32,000 nt of DNA from Candidatus Babelota bacterium (GCA_039809905.1 JBDHVY010000001.1:690001-722000); one strand, 5' to 3'. Counted from the stretch's first letter, positions 13,854 to 23,301 are shown. Numbers and translations are program-made. Notes: generated by a model not told the origin, from the sequence alone.

Positions 13854-14708
13854 CTATTCTTTCAGCGAACATGTAATACCAACAGGATTATGATCACTTG
13901 CTACAGGTTTTTTACTATCTTTTGTAAGAGGTATGCTATCTACCGTTTTGTATTGAGATATACTGAATTTGCTTTGTGGTTTAACGAAGATAAAATCACA
14001 TTCTATTAATGCTTTTGTTGATCCTTTTTCATGCGTTACAGATGGACCTTCTACTTGTTGCGCTATTGTTTTAGCGTGAGTAAATCCGTCTTCAGTCAGT
14101 ATTTTTTTTAGATCTTTATCAAATGTTGTATTAAAATCTCCCAGTAAAATTACGGGCTTATCAGCACATTTTTGCTTAATATCATCGCTAATCATTTGTG
14201 CTTGTTCAGTTCGAACCTTTTCGTATTTATGATCAAGGTGAGTGTTATAAACAAAAAATTCTTTTCCGGTTGATTTTTCTTTGAGATGAATTTTGACTGC
14301 TGTTCTTGGTAGGTAACCAGAACCGTTTGGATTAATGCCAAATGTTTGAGAATCAATCAAATCAAATTTGTTTTTGTTATAAAAAATAGGACAACGCTCA
14401 TTTTGAGCACCAAGCGTAGTAAGGCGTAGCCAAATAGATAATCCACTTATATGATTGTTTCTTTTATCACCCACGTAATTATACTGAGGTAAGATGTCTT
14501 GGATTGATTTAAGTTGATCATTTTCATCAATAACTTCTTGTAGGCAATAAATATCGGCATTAAGGTCTTGTATAAGTTGAAGAACATTAGGTTTTCGCTT
14601 ATTCCAATCGTTTTTTTTACCATGAGTTATATTGTAGCTGTAGATTTTCATCTCGGCATTTATGAGAGGAAAATTAAGAAGCAAGGTCATTACAATATAT
14701 TTTTTCAT
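13854..14708 (-). CDS. Endonuclease/exonuclease/phosphatase (EEP) family protein with signal peptide
   Basis: MKKYIVMTLLLNFPLINA. Motifs: SYNI, CLQEV, NTHLDH, LLGDFN, SDHNPV. AGGAG RBS. Confidence 0.8.
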   Translation of the reverse strand: MKKYIVMTLLLNFPLINAEMKIYSYNITHGKKNDWNKRKPNVLQLIQDLNADIYCLQEVIDENDQLKSIQDILPQYNYVGDKRNNHISGLSIWLRLTTLGAQNERCPIFYNKNKFDLIDSQTFGINPNGSGYLPRTAVKIHLKEKSTGKEFFVYNTHLDHKYEKVRTEQAQMISDDIKQKCADKPVILLGDFNTTFDKDLKKILTEDGFTHAKTIAQQVEGPSVTHEKGSTKALIECDFIFVKPQSKFSISQYKTVDSIPLTKDSKKPVASDHNPVGITCSLKE

Positions 14709-14942
14709 AAAAAAACTCCTTATAGATAATTAGGTTCTATTTATTATGAGTATGTCTTTATTAGCAATAAACAAACAAGAGATTAGATTCTATTTGAAAA
14801 ACAATAAAAAGAAAGAGATAGTTTTTTTAAGCTTTGGCACTTTGTGGATCTTGCAAAACTGTGATAAACTCTATTGTAAAAATTAATGGAATTGTTTTTT
14901 AAAAAATGCATTTTTAACAATATATTCAAAGGTATTATTGAA

Positions 14943-15584
14943 ATGATAAATGCGAAGTATCATGTTGCTGGTTTTTTCTTTGTAATGAGTTTTTTTTCGG
15001 TAAATCTGATTAGTTTTGAACCTCAGGGTGCATCTTTTATAAAAGATCGTATGAATAATAAAATTGAAGAGTATATTAACATGCCTACCCGAGAAGTTGT
15101 ATCACGAGCAGGAACGGATAGAGATATTGCAAAGATGTTTAAAGAAGAAATATTAACTGATCCAATAGATGGACAAGAAGTTACTGAAGAGTATAAAAAT
15201 AAAAAATGCATGCAACAGATGAGAATTATTTTAAGAAAAGGCGAATGTTCGCCAGAAAAATCAGAATTGCTCAAATTCAAAGAAGATAAATCTGTTGCTT
15301 TTGATCAGAAAGAAAAAGTAATTGATGCCGAATGCACACGAGCTGATTCTGATAAAATAGTGATGGGAGCTGTTACTATTGTTAGCGCACTTGCTGCGCT
15401 TGCAGTAATCAGTGTAGCTGATCAAGAGCAAGGTAGAGGAGTGGGATATCTCGGTTGTTTTGCAGTAATTGCCGGTAGTGCTGCTTGCTATAAGAATTCA
15501 CAAGAAGCAGCGCAACTAAATATTCATAAAGCTCGAATACATACAATGAAAACTGAATGGGAAAATAGTTTTAACGAGCAATAG
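14943..15584 (+). CDS. Membrane protein, paralog A of the AGTDRD / KNKKCMQQ family
   Basis: Start moved to MINAKYHVAGFFFVMSFFSV. Shares long blocks with 17804-18439: RAGTDRDIA, LTDPIDG, KNKKCMQQMRIILRKGE. Two Gly/Ala-rich C-terminal hydrophobic segments. Confidence 0.65.
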   Translation: MINAKYHVAGFFFVMSFFSVNLISFEPQGASFIKDRMNNKIEEYINMPTREVVSRAGTDRDIAKMFKEEILTDPIDGQEVTEEYKNKKCMQQMRIILRKGECSPEKSELLKFKEDKSVAFDQKEKVIDAECTRADSDKIVMGAVTIVSALAALAVISVADQEQGRGVGYLGCFAVIAGSAACYKNSQEAAQLNIHKARIHTMKTEWENSFNEQ

Positions 15585-15633
15585 CATTTTTGCCTCTTCA
15601 CGGACGTTATAAAAATATGATAGACTCCTTTGC

Positions 15634-16557
15634 ATGAATATTCTTTACGATGTTACCTATTACATTAATGATATCCAGGCAAGACTCTATCCACTTTATG
15701 GTGATAATACACTTTGCCAGCAATATGCCTGGTGGATTTTGCAGGCAATCTGCGAAAAAACCAAAACAGAGCTTATCATACAAGAATCAATTGTGCTTAC
15801 TCCTGAACAACGACAAAAAATTGATCAATGGATGAAATATTTGATCGAAGATAAAATGCCATTGCAATATGTATTGGGCTTTGTTCCTTTTGCAGATCTT
15901 GAAATTTTGGTGGAACCACCTACGCTTATTCCTCGTCCAGAAACAGAAGAGTGGTCTTTATATATTATTGAGCATTTGCTATTGCTTGATAATAAAAAAT
16001 TAAAAATATTAGATCTTGCTACTGGTTCTGGATGTGTTGCGCTTACCTTTGCACATTATTTACCGCAAGCAACGATAGTTGCTACTGATATTGCCGATTC
16101 TGCGCTTGAATTAACGGAAAAAAATAGTGAACACAATAAAATCAGAAATGTTACGACTATAAAATCCGATCTTTTTGAATCAATTCCACACGGTATGAAA
16201 TTCGATATAATTGTTTCCAATCCGCCGTATATTACCGAGGCTGAATTTACTCAACTTGATGAAACAGTAACGTGTTGGGAAGATCACGCAGCATTAGTTG
16301 CCCCTGATAATGGTCTTGCTATCATTAAAAAAATCATTGCACAAGCTCCTCTGTTTATACAAACTAATAATGAAATGAAGCAAAAAAATATTCCTCAAAT
16401 TGTTATAGAAATTGGATATACACAAGGAGATGCGGTGAGAGACATAATGCTTGCTGCTCATTATAATGATGTTCTTGTGCATAAAGATTTAGAAGGTAAA
16501 GATCGGTTTGTTACTGGAAGGGTCAATTATGTGGCCGATACCAACGCTGGATCATAA
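15634..16557 (+). CDS. prmC: Release-factor glutamine N5-methyltransferase PrmC/HemK
   Basis: LIPRPETE, LDLATGSGC, IVSNPPYI. Confidence 0.85.
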   Translation: MNILYDVTYYINDIQARLYPLYGDNTLCQQYAWWILQAICEKTKTELIIQESIVLTPEQRQKIDQWMKYLIEDKMPLQYVLGFVPFADLEILVEPPTLIPRPETEEWSLYIIEHLLLLDNKKLKILDLATGSGCVALTFAHYLPQATIVATDIADSALELTEKNSEHNKIRNVTTIKSDLFESIPHGMKFDIIVSNPPYITEAEFTQLDETVTCWEDHAALVAPDNGLAIIKKIIAQAPLFIQTNNEMKQKNIPQIVIEIGYTQGDAVRDIMLAAHYNDVLVHKDLEGKDRFVTGRVNYVADTNAGS

Positions 16558-17227
16558 TATAGTTACGATCTCATTTTCTTCAGATAATCTTGTGTGTAGT
16601 TGGATACAAAAAACGAAAACAGGAACAGCTCCATTGCAATTATGCGCATACCAACGATACCAACTTTCTCATTTCGAACTTGCCAATCTTATTCTTTTTA
16701 ATCCAACAATGATCAAAAAATATATTACTTTTTTTTTGCAAAAGCATAATCTTTACGATGCTTTTATTGTGTGCAGTTTTGATGGTCTAGCTATTGCAGA
16801 AGCATTTATTGCTATGCCAACAGCAACACCTCATCGTGCTGATTTTGGCATTCCAGTATCCAGTAATACAGCGTGGGAATATCGTTATATGTACCCAAAT
16901 GATCAGAACCAGCATGTTTTTTATGTTTATACAATGCCAAGATTTTTGGTGTTACAATATCAATTGCTTGCTATTGCTATGCAATGTAATGTTATTACAA
17001 TGACAACCAAAACGATGGCGCTTTTTTATGCATATAAGACTATTTTTGGTGCGGCATTCAGAAAAAGTCAGTTGGCTGTAGATATGATGCGACATAATAA
17101 TGCTATTGAAGATCTTATTTCTCTTGATGGATTAAGACGCATGATATCTATACCTCTTGAGATTAATATAAAAGATGAAAAACCATTTATTGCTCCAGCT
17201 GTTGGGTTATTTTGTGCTGAAAGGTAA
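16529..17227 (+). CDS. Hypothetical protein, possible truncated PilM-like (actin-like fold, N-terminal half)
   Basis: Start at MWPIP (GGAAGGG RBS); overlaps the prmC end by 29 nt. The pattern of hydrophobic blocks resembles the first half of PilM. Only about 232 aa, and I cannot see nucleotide-binding motifs. Confidence 0.35.
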   Translation: MWPIPTLDHNIVTISFSSDNLVCSWIQKTKTGTAPLQLCAYQRYQLSHFELANLILFNPTMIKKYITFFLQKHNLYDAFIVCSFDGLAIAEAFIAMPTATPHRADFGIPVSSNTAWEYRYMYPNDQNQHVFYVYTMPRFLVLQYQLLAIAMQCNVITMTTKTMALFYAYKTIFGAAFRKSQLAVDMMRHNNAIEDLISLDGLRRMISIPLEINIKDEKPFIAPAVGLFCAER

Positions 17228-17239
17228 GGTAAGTGCGGA

Positions 17240-17773
17240 ATGAAAAAAATTAATTTTATCACATCTTTATCGCCTCAAAAACAGTACGAAATTAATTGCT
17301 GGTTTTGGGTAACATTTTTTTTGAGTGTATCTGCAATAAGCATGGGAGCATATTTTTTTGTACCAAAGATAATGTGTTATGTTTCATTGCACAAACAATG
17401 CGTTGCATTGCGTGAAAGAACAAAAAATTATGCAGAAATTACAAAAAATAAAGATATCTTTAGCAAAGAATATGATGCATTACGTATGCGTGAAACTAAA
17501 ATAAATAGGTATGTTGATAAAGCAAAAAATCCTCATGATTATATTGCAACAATTGTTCATGTATGTGGTGATAACATTCATTTAGAATCAGTGCAATTTA
17601 TTAAAAAAGAATGTGAGATTATCATAGTGTGTCAGAATGTCCAGCAGGCACATCTATGCGTTAAATGCATCAACGAATCGAATAAGTTTTCTCATTGTAA
17701 AATAACTTCATTGGTGCATAATATGGAAAAAAAATTATATAAAGCTACAATTAAAGGACATATAATTTATTAA
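17240..17773 (+). CDS. Hypothetical bitopic protein, possible PilN-like
   Basis: N-terminus MKKINFITSL (compare the PilN INLLP motif), a single TM segment (WFWVTFFLSVSAISMGAYFFV), then a coiled-coil-like segment. Lies immediately after the PilM-like gene. Confidence 0.3.
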   Translation: MKKINFITSLSPQKQYEINCWFWVTFFLSVSAISMGAYFFVPKIMCYVSLHKQCVALRERTKNYAEITKNKDIFSKEYDALRMRETKINRYVDKAKNPHDYIATIVHVCGDNIHLESVQFIKKECEIIIVCQNVQQAHLCVKCINESNKFSHCKITSLVHNMEKKLYKATIKGHIIY

Positions 17774-17803
17774 AAATATTACTACAGTAAAGGTCTCTTT
17801 AAA

Positions 17804-18439
17804 ATGATACATATAAGACAAATCGCTATAAGTTTATTGATGACAATCAGTTGTTTTTCACTAGAAGTAATAGGTTCTGGTGTTTGGTATGGACATCCTA
17901 CAACAGATCGTATGAATGATAGAATAGAGCACTATCTTGCTATATCTACAAATGAAGTTGCACAACGAGCAGGAACGGATCGAGATGTTGCAATGGCATT
18001 TAAAAGAGAAATGTTGACTGACCCGGTAGATGGTGAAGAAATAAGCGAAGAACGCAAAAATAAAAAATGTATGCAACAGATAAGAATTATTTTAAAAAAA
18101 GGTGAGGATTCTGGAACAAAACTAGAATTAGTTGAATTCAAAGAAAATACGTCTATTGCGCTTGATAATAAAGAAAAAGCTCTTATTTTAACACGCGATG
18201 GATTAGCATCTCGTAAATCAATGCTCCTAAATGTGGTATTAGTTGGTGGGCTTTTAGCGATGGCAGGAGCGCGCGCGAGCAAGGATAATAAAACAGCAGG
18301 TGCGCTTACAGGTGGTTTGGGAGCTACTATGGTAGTAGGTGGTGGGATAGGTTTGTGCTTTGTAGGAGCAGAAAGTCCATTTAATACCCATATAAACCAA
18401 ATACAAACTATGAAAAATGATTGGGAAATCAGTTTTTAA
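17804..18439 (+). CDS. Membrane protein, paralog B of the AGTDRD / KNKKCMQQ family
   Basis: RAGTDRDVA, LTDPVDG, KNKKCMQQIRIILKKGE. Gly-rich C-terminal hydrophobic segments. C-terminal IQTMKNDWEISF compares with IHTMKTEWENSF in paralog A. Confidence 0.65.
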   Translation: MIHIRQIAISLLMTISCFSLEVIGSGVWYGHPTTDRMNDRIEHYLAISTNEVAQRAGTDRDVAMAFKREMLTDPVDGEEISEERKNKKCMQQIRIILKKGEDSGTKLELVEFKENTSIALDNKEKALILTRDGLASRKSMLLNVVLVGGLLAMAGARASKDNKTAGALTGGLGATMVVGGGIGLCFVGAESPFNTHINQIQTMKNDWEISF

Positions 18440-18486
18440 TACTAAATAAAAGATAAAAAATACCTGTTTTTATTAAAGGAGAGTGA

Positions 18487-18858
18487 ATGAAACTGAATAT
18501 GATGTTGGCAGCTTTGTGCTTTATTGGTGCATATGAATCTGCTATGGCAATGGATAAAAGAGATGCATATTTAAAATTTAAAGTTAATAAAGAATTACAA
18601 ATTGTAGGGCATAAAGCAAAACAGATGGAATTATTTGCAAAGCCGGAAGAGTTTACGGGAAAAATTATTACAGAGGTTATACCGTTGAGTCCTGAAGATA
18701 AAGATGCTTTGAAGAATGGTTTTCAAAATGCTTTTGTGCTTAAAAAGAAACAAAAAGTTGAATACACATTGGAAGATATGCGATATGTTGCGGCAATTCA
18801 ACGTAAAAAAGATAGTTTTTCTGTGAAAGTAAAAGAAGCATCTACGGTAAAAAGATAG
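18487..18858 (+). CDS. Small hypothetical secreted protein
   Basis: AAAGGAGAG RBS. Signal-like MMLAALCFIGAYESAMA. Confidence 0.55.
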   Translation: MKLNMMLAALCFIGAYESAMAMDKRDAYLKFKVNKELQIVGHKAKQMELFAKPEEFTGKIITEVIPLSPEDKDALKNGFQNAFVLKKKQKVEYTLEDMRYVAAIQRKKDSFSVKVKEASTVKR

Positions 18859-18884
18859 ATACTTTAATTTAATAGTTTGATATG

Positions 18885-18914
18885 AAAAGACCGAGCTTCA
18901 AGCTCGGTTTTTTA
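18885..18914 (+). terminator. Rho-independent terminator
   Basis: aaaagACCGAGCT-tca-AGCTCGGTttttt. Confidence 0.7.
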
Positions 18915-19316
18915 TGTTTATACAATCAATTTTTTATATAATAGATATAGAAATAATGGCGTTGCAAAAATCAGGCATCTATTACAAATCCATGCTCTTG
19001 TTTCTTTGTGCACAAAATGTTTGAGGATTTTTGCTGGATCAACGATCTTTCTGATAATATCATCATCATTTATTTTTATATTAGTGTATAATATAAAATA
19101 TAGCAAATATATACAATTCAAGATTTATACTGTTTTGGTCTATGAACTTAGATTGAAATGGCCATCAAAACCAGGTACTCTTTGTATTAAGCTTTTTAAA
19201 ATATGAATATTAAATACAGCTTTCTTTTTGTTGGCCTGTTTTTCAATTGTTTTCTGTATAGTATAACAAAAATCACTATGCCAGAGCGAAAAAAAGTATC
19301 TAAAACTCTCTTAATA

Positions 19317-19351
19317 GGGGATCCCCAACCGGTATATAATAAAGATTGGGG
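19317..19351 (+). promoter_or_regulatory. GGGGATCCCCA stem-loop motif (copy D) upstream of polA
   Basis: TTAATA directly followed by GGGGATCCCCAA-N17-TTGGGG, ending 22 nt before the ATG at 19374. Confidence 0.45.
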
Positions 19352-19373
19352 CTATAATGTAGATAGGTTGGTT

Positions 19374-22097
19374 ATGAAATTAGATCCAAAAAAAACGCTA
19401 TTTCTTATCGATGGTTCTTCATTTTTATATCGTGCATATTACGGTCTTAAGCCGCTGCATGCTCCCTCTGGTGTGCCTGTGCAGGCTGTTTTTAGTTTTT
19501 GTCGGACTATTAAAAAATTAATTGATGCGTATGGGCCTGAATATATTGCGCTTGTGTGGGATAGCAAGGGTAAAACCACACGACATGAAATTTTTGCTGA
19601 TTACAAAGCAACGCGCCAAGCGCCGCCAAGTGATTTATTTGAGCAGAAGGAATATATTGTTGAGTTTGCTGATTTGATTGGTATGAAGCAAGTGGTGCAA
19701 TCAGGCATTGAGGCAGATGATTTAATGTATTCCTTAGCCAAAGATTGGGTAGAACAAAATCCGGAACATGGTGTTGTTTTTGTAACGCTTGATAAAGATA
19801 TGGGACAAGCATTAACATTGGCAGAGCATGTTTATTTGCTTGATGCTTTTAAAGAGCAGCTTTTCGATCGTATGGCGATCGAAGAAAAAATGGGTTTTGT
19901 AGTTGAAAAATTACCATTTTATTTTGCATTGCTTGGAGATGCTTCTGATAATATTCCTGGAGTGCGTGGCGTTGGCAAAACAACTGCGCAAGCATTGGTA
20001 AATCAGTTTGATTCAATGGAAGATATGTACCATCAACTGCATGAAATTAAAAAAGCGGGTGTCAAAACAGCGTTGTTAACATATAAAGAAGATGCATTTT
20101 TGAGTTATAAATTATTTTTATTACATTATGAATCATTAGGATTGAGTTCTGAAGATTTATTTTTTGATGCGCACAACTGGAATAATGCACGGCCTCTTTT
20201 TGAAGAGCTTAATTTTAAATCACTGACAGCAACTGCAGGCCAAACAAAGCAAGATCGTGTTCACAATGTTCAGCAAAAAATTGAGTATTGGAAAGACCGT
20301 AATTTTATAACAGTACAAACAATTGCACAATTGAATGAATTATGCCAATATTTGCAAGCCAAAGGTTCTTTCGCTCTTGATACTGAAACAACAGGGTTGC
20401 AACCTTTGGAAGTTGATCTTGTTGGTTTATCGTTTTGTACCGATGAAGAGCATTCGTATTATATTCCTTGTGGGCATCAAACAGGTGAAATTCAATTGCC
20501 ATGCTCAACTATTATTGCTGCATTAAAACCAATTTTGGAAAATGCTCAGATCAAAAAATATTTGCATAACGCAAAATATGACATGTTAGTTCTGAGTCAT
20601 CATGGTATTGAATTACAAGGTCTTGAGCTTGATACTCTGGTTGGAGCGAACTTAATTATTAAAGAATGGCAGAGCGCGAGTTTAAAAAAATTATCGCATT
20701 CATTTTTCAATGAAGAAATGCTTACGTATGAAGATGTTGTTAAATCACATAAATATAAAGATTTTTCATACGTGCCTCTTGAATTGGCAACATTGTATGC
20801 TGCTGCAGATTCATATCAAACACTTCGCTTAGTCGATATTATCAAAGATGCTTTTGCGCAAGAAAAAAAGATATATGAGTTATATAAAAATATAGAACAT
20901 CCTTTAATTCAAATTTTATATGAAATGGAGAAAAAGGGTGTGGATCTTGATGTTCCATTACTTAATTCATTAAATGAAAAAGTCTCGGCAGATTTAGCAA
21001 TTATTGAAGCAGAAATTGCAGCTGTTGTGGGTAAAGAAACAATTAACTTAAATTCACCGCGCCAAGTTGAACATTTACTTTTTGATGTGTTGCAATTGCC
21101 GCCACAAAAAAAGAGTAAAACCGGTAAATTCTCAACTGACTATGAAGTGCTCAAAACATTGGCAGTATTACATCCTATCCCTGCACTCATCATCAAACAT
21201 CGAGAATTAACTAAATTAAAAAATACGTATATTGAAGCTTTACCAACATATGTGAATAAAGAAACACATAAAGTGCATACTACTTTTGGACAAACTACGG
21301 CAGCAACAGGGCGTTTGGCAAGTTCCAATCCTAATTTGCAAAATATTCCAGCTGATGCTGCAGGTTATGGTATTGAAGTCCGTGGAGCTTTTAAAGCAGG
21401 TGAAGATAGAGTATTTATCTCTGCAGATTATTCACAGATCGAGTTGCGGGTGCTTGCATATTTATCACAAGATGAAAATTTAATAAATGCCTTTTTACAA
21501 GGTCATGATATTCATACAGAAACAGCAGCGCGTTTATTTGATACAACAATAGTAACGAATGAACAGCGTCAGTTAGGAAAACGTATTAATTTTAGTATTT
21601 TATATGGTCTTACGCCCTATGGATTATCAAAGGATTTGAATATTTCATTCAAAGATGCAAAAAAATATATCGAACGGTATTTTGAGCAATATCCAAAAGT
21701 TGCATCATGGATGAAATCAATCATTGAATATACAACTGAACATGGATACGTAGAAACGTATTGGGGCCGTCGACGTTATATTCCTACCATTTATGAAAAA
21801 AATAGAACGCTGTATGAAGAAGCATGTCGTATAGCAGTTAATACAGTAGCACAAGGAACAGCAGCAGAGATTATGAAGTTGGGCATGATAGCAGTTAATA
21901 ATGTTTTGCGTGAGCAATTTCCTGCTAGCTTTATAGTGTTACAAATTCACGATGAACTTATTATTTCCGCGCCAGTTTCTGATGCTATTGCAGTTCAGAT
22001 AGCAGTTAAAAATGCTCTAGAGTCTGTCGTCTCCTGGAATATACCACTTGAAGTTATGACGAACAATGGATCTGATTGGAAAGAGATTACAAAATGA
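19374..22097 (+). CDS. polA: DNA polymerase I (5' nuclease, 3'-5' exonuclease and polymerase domains)
   Basis: Start moved to MKLDPKKTLFLIDGSSFLYRAYY, the typical Pol I N-terminus. ALDTETTGL (Exo I), DYSQIELRVLA (motif A), RRxAKxINFGxxYG-like QLGKRINFSILYG (motif B), QIHDELI (motif C). The tracked 19203 start would add 57 non-homologous residues spanning the regulatory motif. Confidence 0.9.
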   Translation: MKLDPKKTLFLIDGSSFLYRAYYGLKPLHAPSGVPVQAVFSFCRTIKKLIDAYGPEYIALVWDSKGKTTRHEIFADYKATRQAPPSDLFEQKEYIVEFADLIGMKQVVQSGIEADDLMYSLAKDWVEQNPEHGVVFVTLDKDMGQALTLAEHVYLLDAFKEQLFDRMAIEEKMGFVVEKLPFYFALLGDASDNIPGVRGVGKTTAQALVNQFDSMEDMYHQLHEIKKAGVKTALLTYKEDAFLSYKLFLLHYESLGLSSEDLFFDAHNWNNARPLFEELNFKSLTATAGQTKQDRVHNVQQKIEYWKDRNFITVQTIAQLNELCQYLQAKGSFALDTETTGLQPLEVDLVGLSFCTDEEHSYYIPCGHQTGEIQLPCSTIIAALKPILENAQIKKYLHNAKYDMLVLSHHGIELQGLELDTLVGANLIIKEWQSASLKKLSHSFFNEEMLTYEDVVKSHKYKDFSYVPLELATLYAAADSYQTLRLVDIIKDAFAQEKKIYELYKNIEHPLIQILYEMEKKGVDLDVPLLNSLNEKVSADLAIIEAEIAAVVGKETINLNSPRQVEHLLFDVLQLPPQKKSKTGKFSTDYEVLKTLAVLHPIPALIIKHRELTKLKNTYIEALPTYVNKETHKVHTTFGQTTAATGRLASSNPNLQNIPADAAGYGIEVRGAFKAGEDRVFISADYSQIELRVLAYLSQDENLINAFLQGHDIHTETAARLFDTTIVTNEQRQLGKRINFSILYGLTPYGLSKDLNISFKDAKKYIERYFEQYPKVASWMKSIIEYTTEHGYVETYWGRRRYIPTIYEKNRTLYEEACRIAVNTVAQGTAAEIMKLGMIAVNNVLREQFPASFIVLQIHDELIISAPVSDAIAVQIAVKNALESVVSWNIPLEVMTNNGSDWKEITK

Positions 22098-22319
22098 TGC
22101 AGAAATAGAAGACTTAAAAGCACAAGTGAAGGCAGAAGCTGAAAAAGTCAATAAAGAATCTATTGAGAAGGCAAATCTCAGAAAAGAATAAAATAATTAT
22201 GGATACGGACTTATTTTGTGTGCACTCACTTTTTTTTCATACTTTGTATATGTTCAGTATACGTATTAGTGAATAAACACAAGAGTACAATTGATTTGAT
22301 TGTGCATAGATTACGAAAT

Positions 22320-22349
22320 AAAAAAGCCTCCATGTGGAGGCTTTTTTTT
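22320..22349. terminator. Terminator (AGCCTCCA/TGGAGGCT) 17 nt downstream of the 171-aa minus-strand gene
   Basis: aaaaaaGCCTCCAtgTGGAGGCtttttttt. Confidence 0.7.
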
Positions 22350-22365
22350 ATTAACTTACTTTGTT

Positions 22366-22881
22366 TTATACTTGAGCTTCAAGTTCTTTTATTTTAGCAT
22401 CTATTCTTTGTAATAGATTGTTAAATACGATTGCCATATCCCAGCATTCTTTATTTTGAAAATCATTCATTACCAGTTCAGCAGTTTGTTCATCGTTGTA
22501 AAGCTTAAGGAAAACAGATCTTAATAATTTGTCTTGCGGGCATTCGTTGCCATTGTAATCTGGATAATTAAAGCCTGAATTGCACAATTGTTCAAGTGTT
22601 TCTATTTTTTGATTCTCTAATATATTCATAAAATAATCGATCTCAAAAGAATATGGAGCAATTGCTTTAAGAGCTAAAATTTCGTTCCATAGAATGTCTA
22701 GATTGGCAAGATACGTTTTATTTGGATCGCGTTTGCTTTCTGCTATTGTTTCTGTCAATTCATTTTGTAGTTCGATTTTTATGTTTTGTAAGTTTGCGAG
22801 CATCTCTTGTTTTGTAGGTTTTTCTGTTGTTGATGTAATTGCTGCTGATGCTAAAAGAGTAGTTAGTAATAAGTTTTTCAT
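22366..22881 (-). CDS. Hypothetical secreted helical protein
   Basis: Signal MKNLLLTTLLASAAITS. AGGAAA RBS. Ends in the coiled-coil-like KIKELEAQV. Confidence 0.6.
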   Translation of the reverse strand: MKNLLLTTLLASAAITSTTEKPTKQEMLANLQNIKIELQNELTETIAESKRDPNKTYLANLDILWNEILALKAIAPYSFEIDYFMNILENQKIETLEQLCNSGFNYPDYNGNECPQDKLLRSVFLKLYNDEQTAELVMNDFQNKECWDMAIVFNNLLQRIDAKIKELEAQV

Positions 22882-22893
22882 AATGGTTTCCTT

Positions 22894-23301
22894 TTACGAT
22901 TGTTTTTTCTGTTCTTTGATTTGGGAACATAATTCACGATAGTTTCTTTCTAGCGATGCATAATGAGAATTGCTATATAATTGAGATTTTAAATGATCCA
23001 TCTGATGAAATAGTAAATATTTTTTAATAAAATAGAGGAATGGTGAGCCTGTAGTCGGCTTCATATAATATATTTTTTTGATTTGCTCTGTGTGATTTAT
23101 CGCATTATTGATTACTCGACATTGTTTATTGCCTGTTTGGTTATTACAAAAATCTCTCAATTTAGAATTTTGAGATATATCAAGTAATAAACTCTTCATA
23201 GCCTCTACTGTATCTTGATTAAAATCTTGAGCTGGATTTGTAGAAAAACTGATAAATGGTGCAAAAATGGCGATAAAAAGCGCTAATACATTATTTTTCA
23301 T
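22894..23301 (-). CDS. Hypothetical secreted protein
   Basis: Signal MKNNVLALFIAIFAPFISFS. AGGGA RBS. Lies 12 nt upstream of the next gene. Confidence 0.6.
   Translation of the reverse strand: MKNNVLALFIAIFAPFISFSTNPAQDFNQDTVEAMKSLLLDISQNSKLRDFCNNQTGNKQCRVINNAINHTEQIKKIYYMKPTTGSPFLYFIKKYLLFHQMDHLKSQLYSNSHYASLERNYRELCSQIKEQKKQS

Noticed and set aside
14731-14798. Direct repeat TTAGgTTCTATTT / TTAGaTTCTATTT, 52 nt apart, in the divergent EEP / paralog A promoter region
   Set aside because: There are only two short AT-rich copies, so chance cannot be excluded. It is noted as a possible regulator site but is too weak to report as a feature.
18918-19206. A 67-aa minus-strand ORF and a 66-aa plus-strand ORF upstream of polA
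   Set aside because: They overlap each other and are extremely AT-rich with I/L/F/Y-rich products. Neither has an RBS or a signal of conservation that I can see.
22066-22191. A 41-aa ORF (MDLIGKRLQNDAEIEDLKAQVKAEAEKVNKESIEKANLRKE) overlapping the polA stop
   Set aside because: There is no RBS and its start lies inside polA. It may be a remnant of a coiled-coil gene, but nothing supports it as a functional gene.
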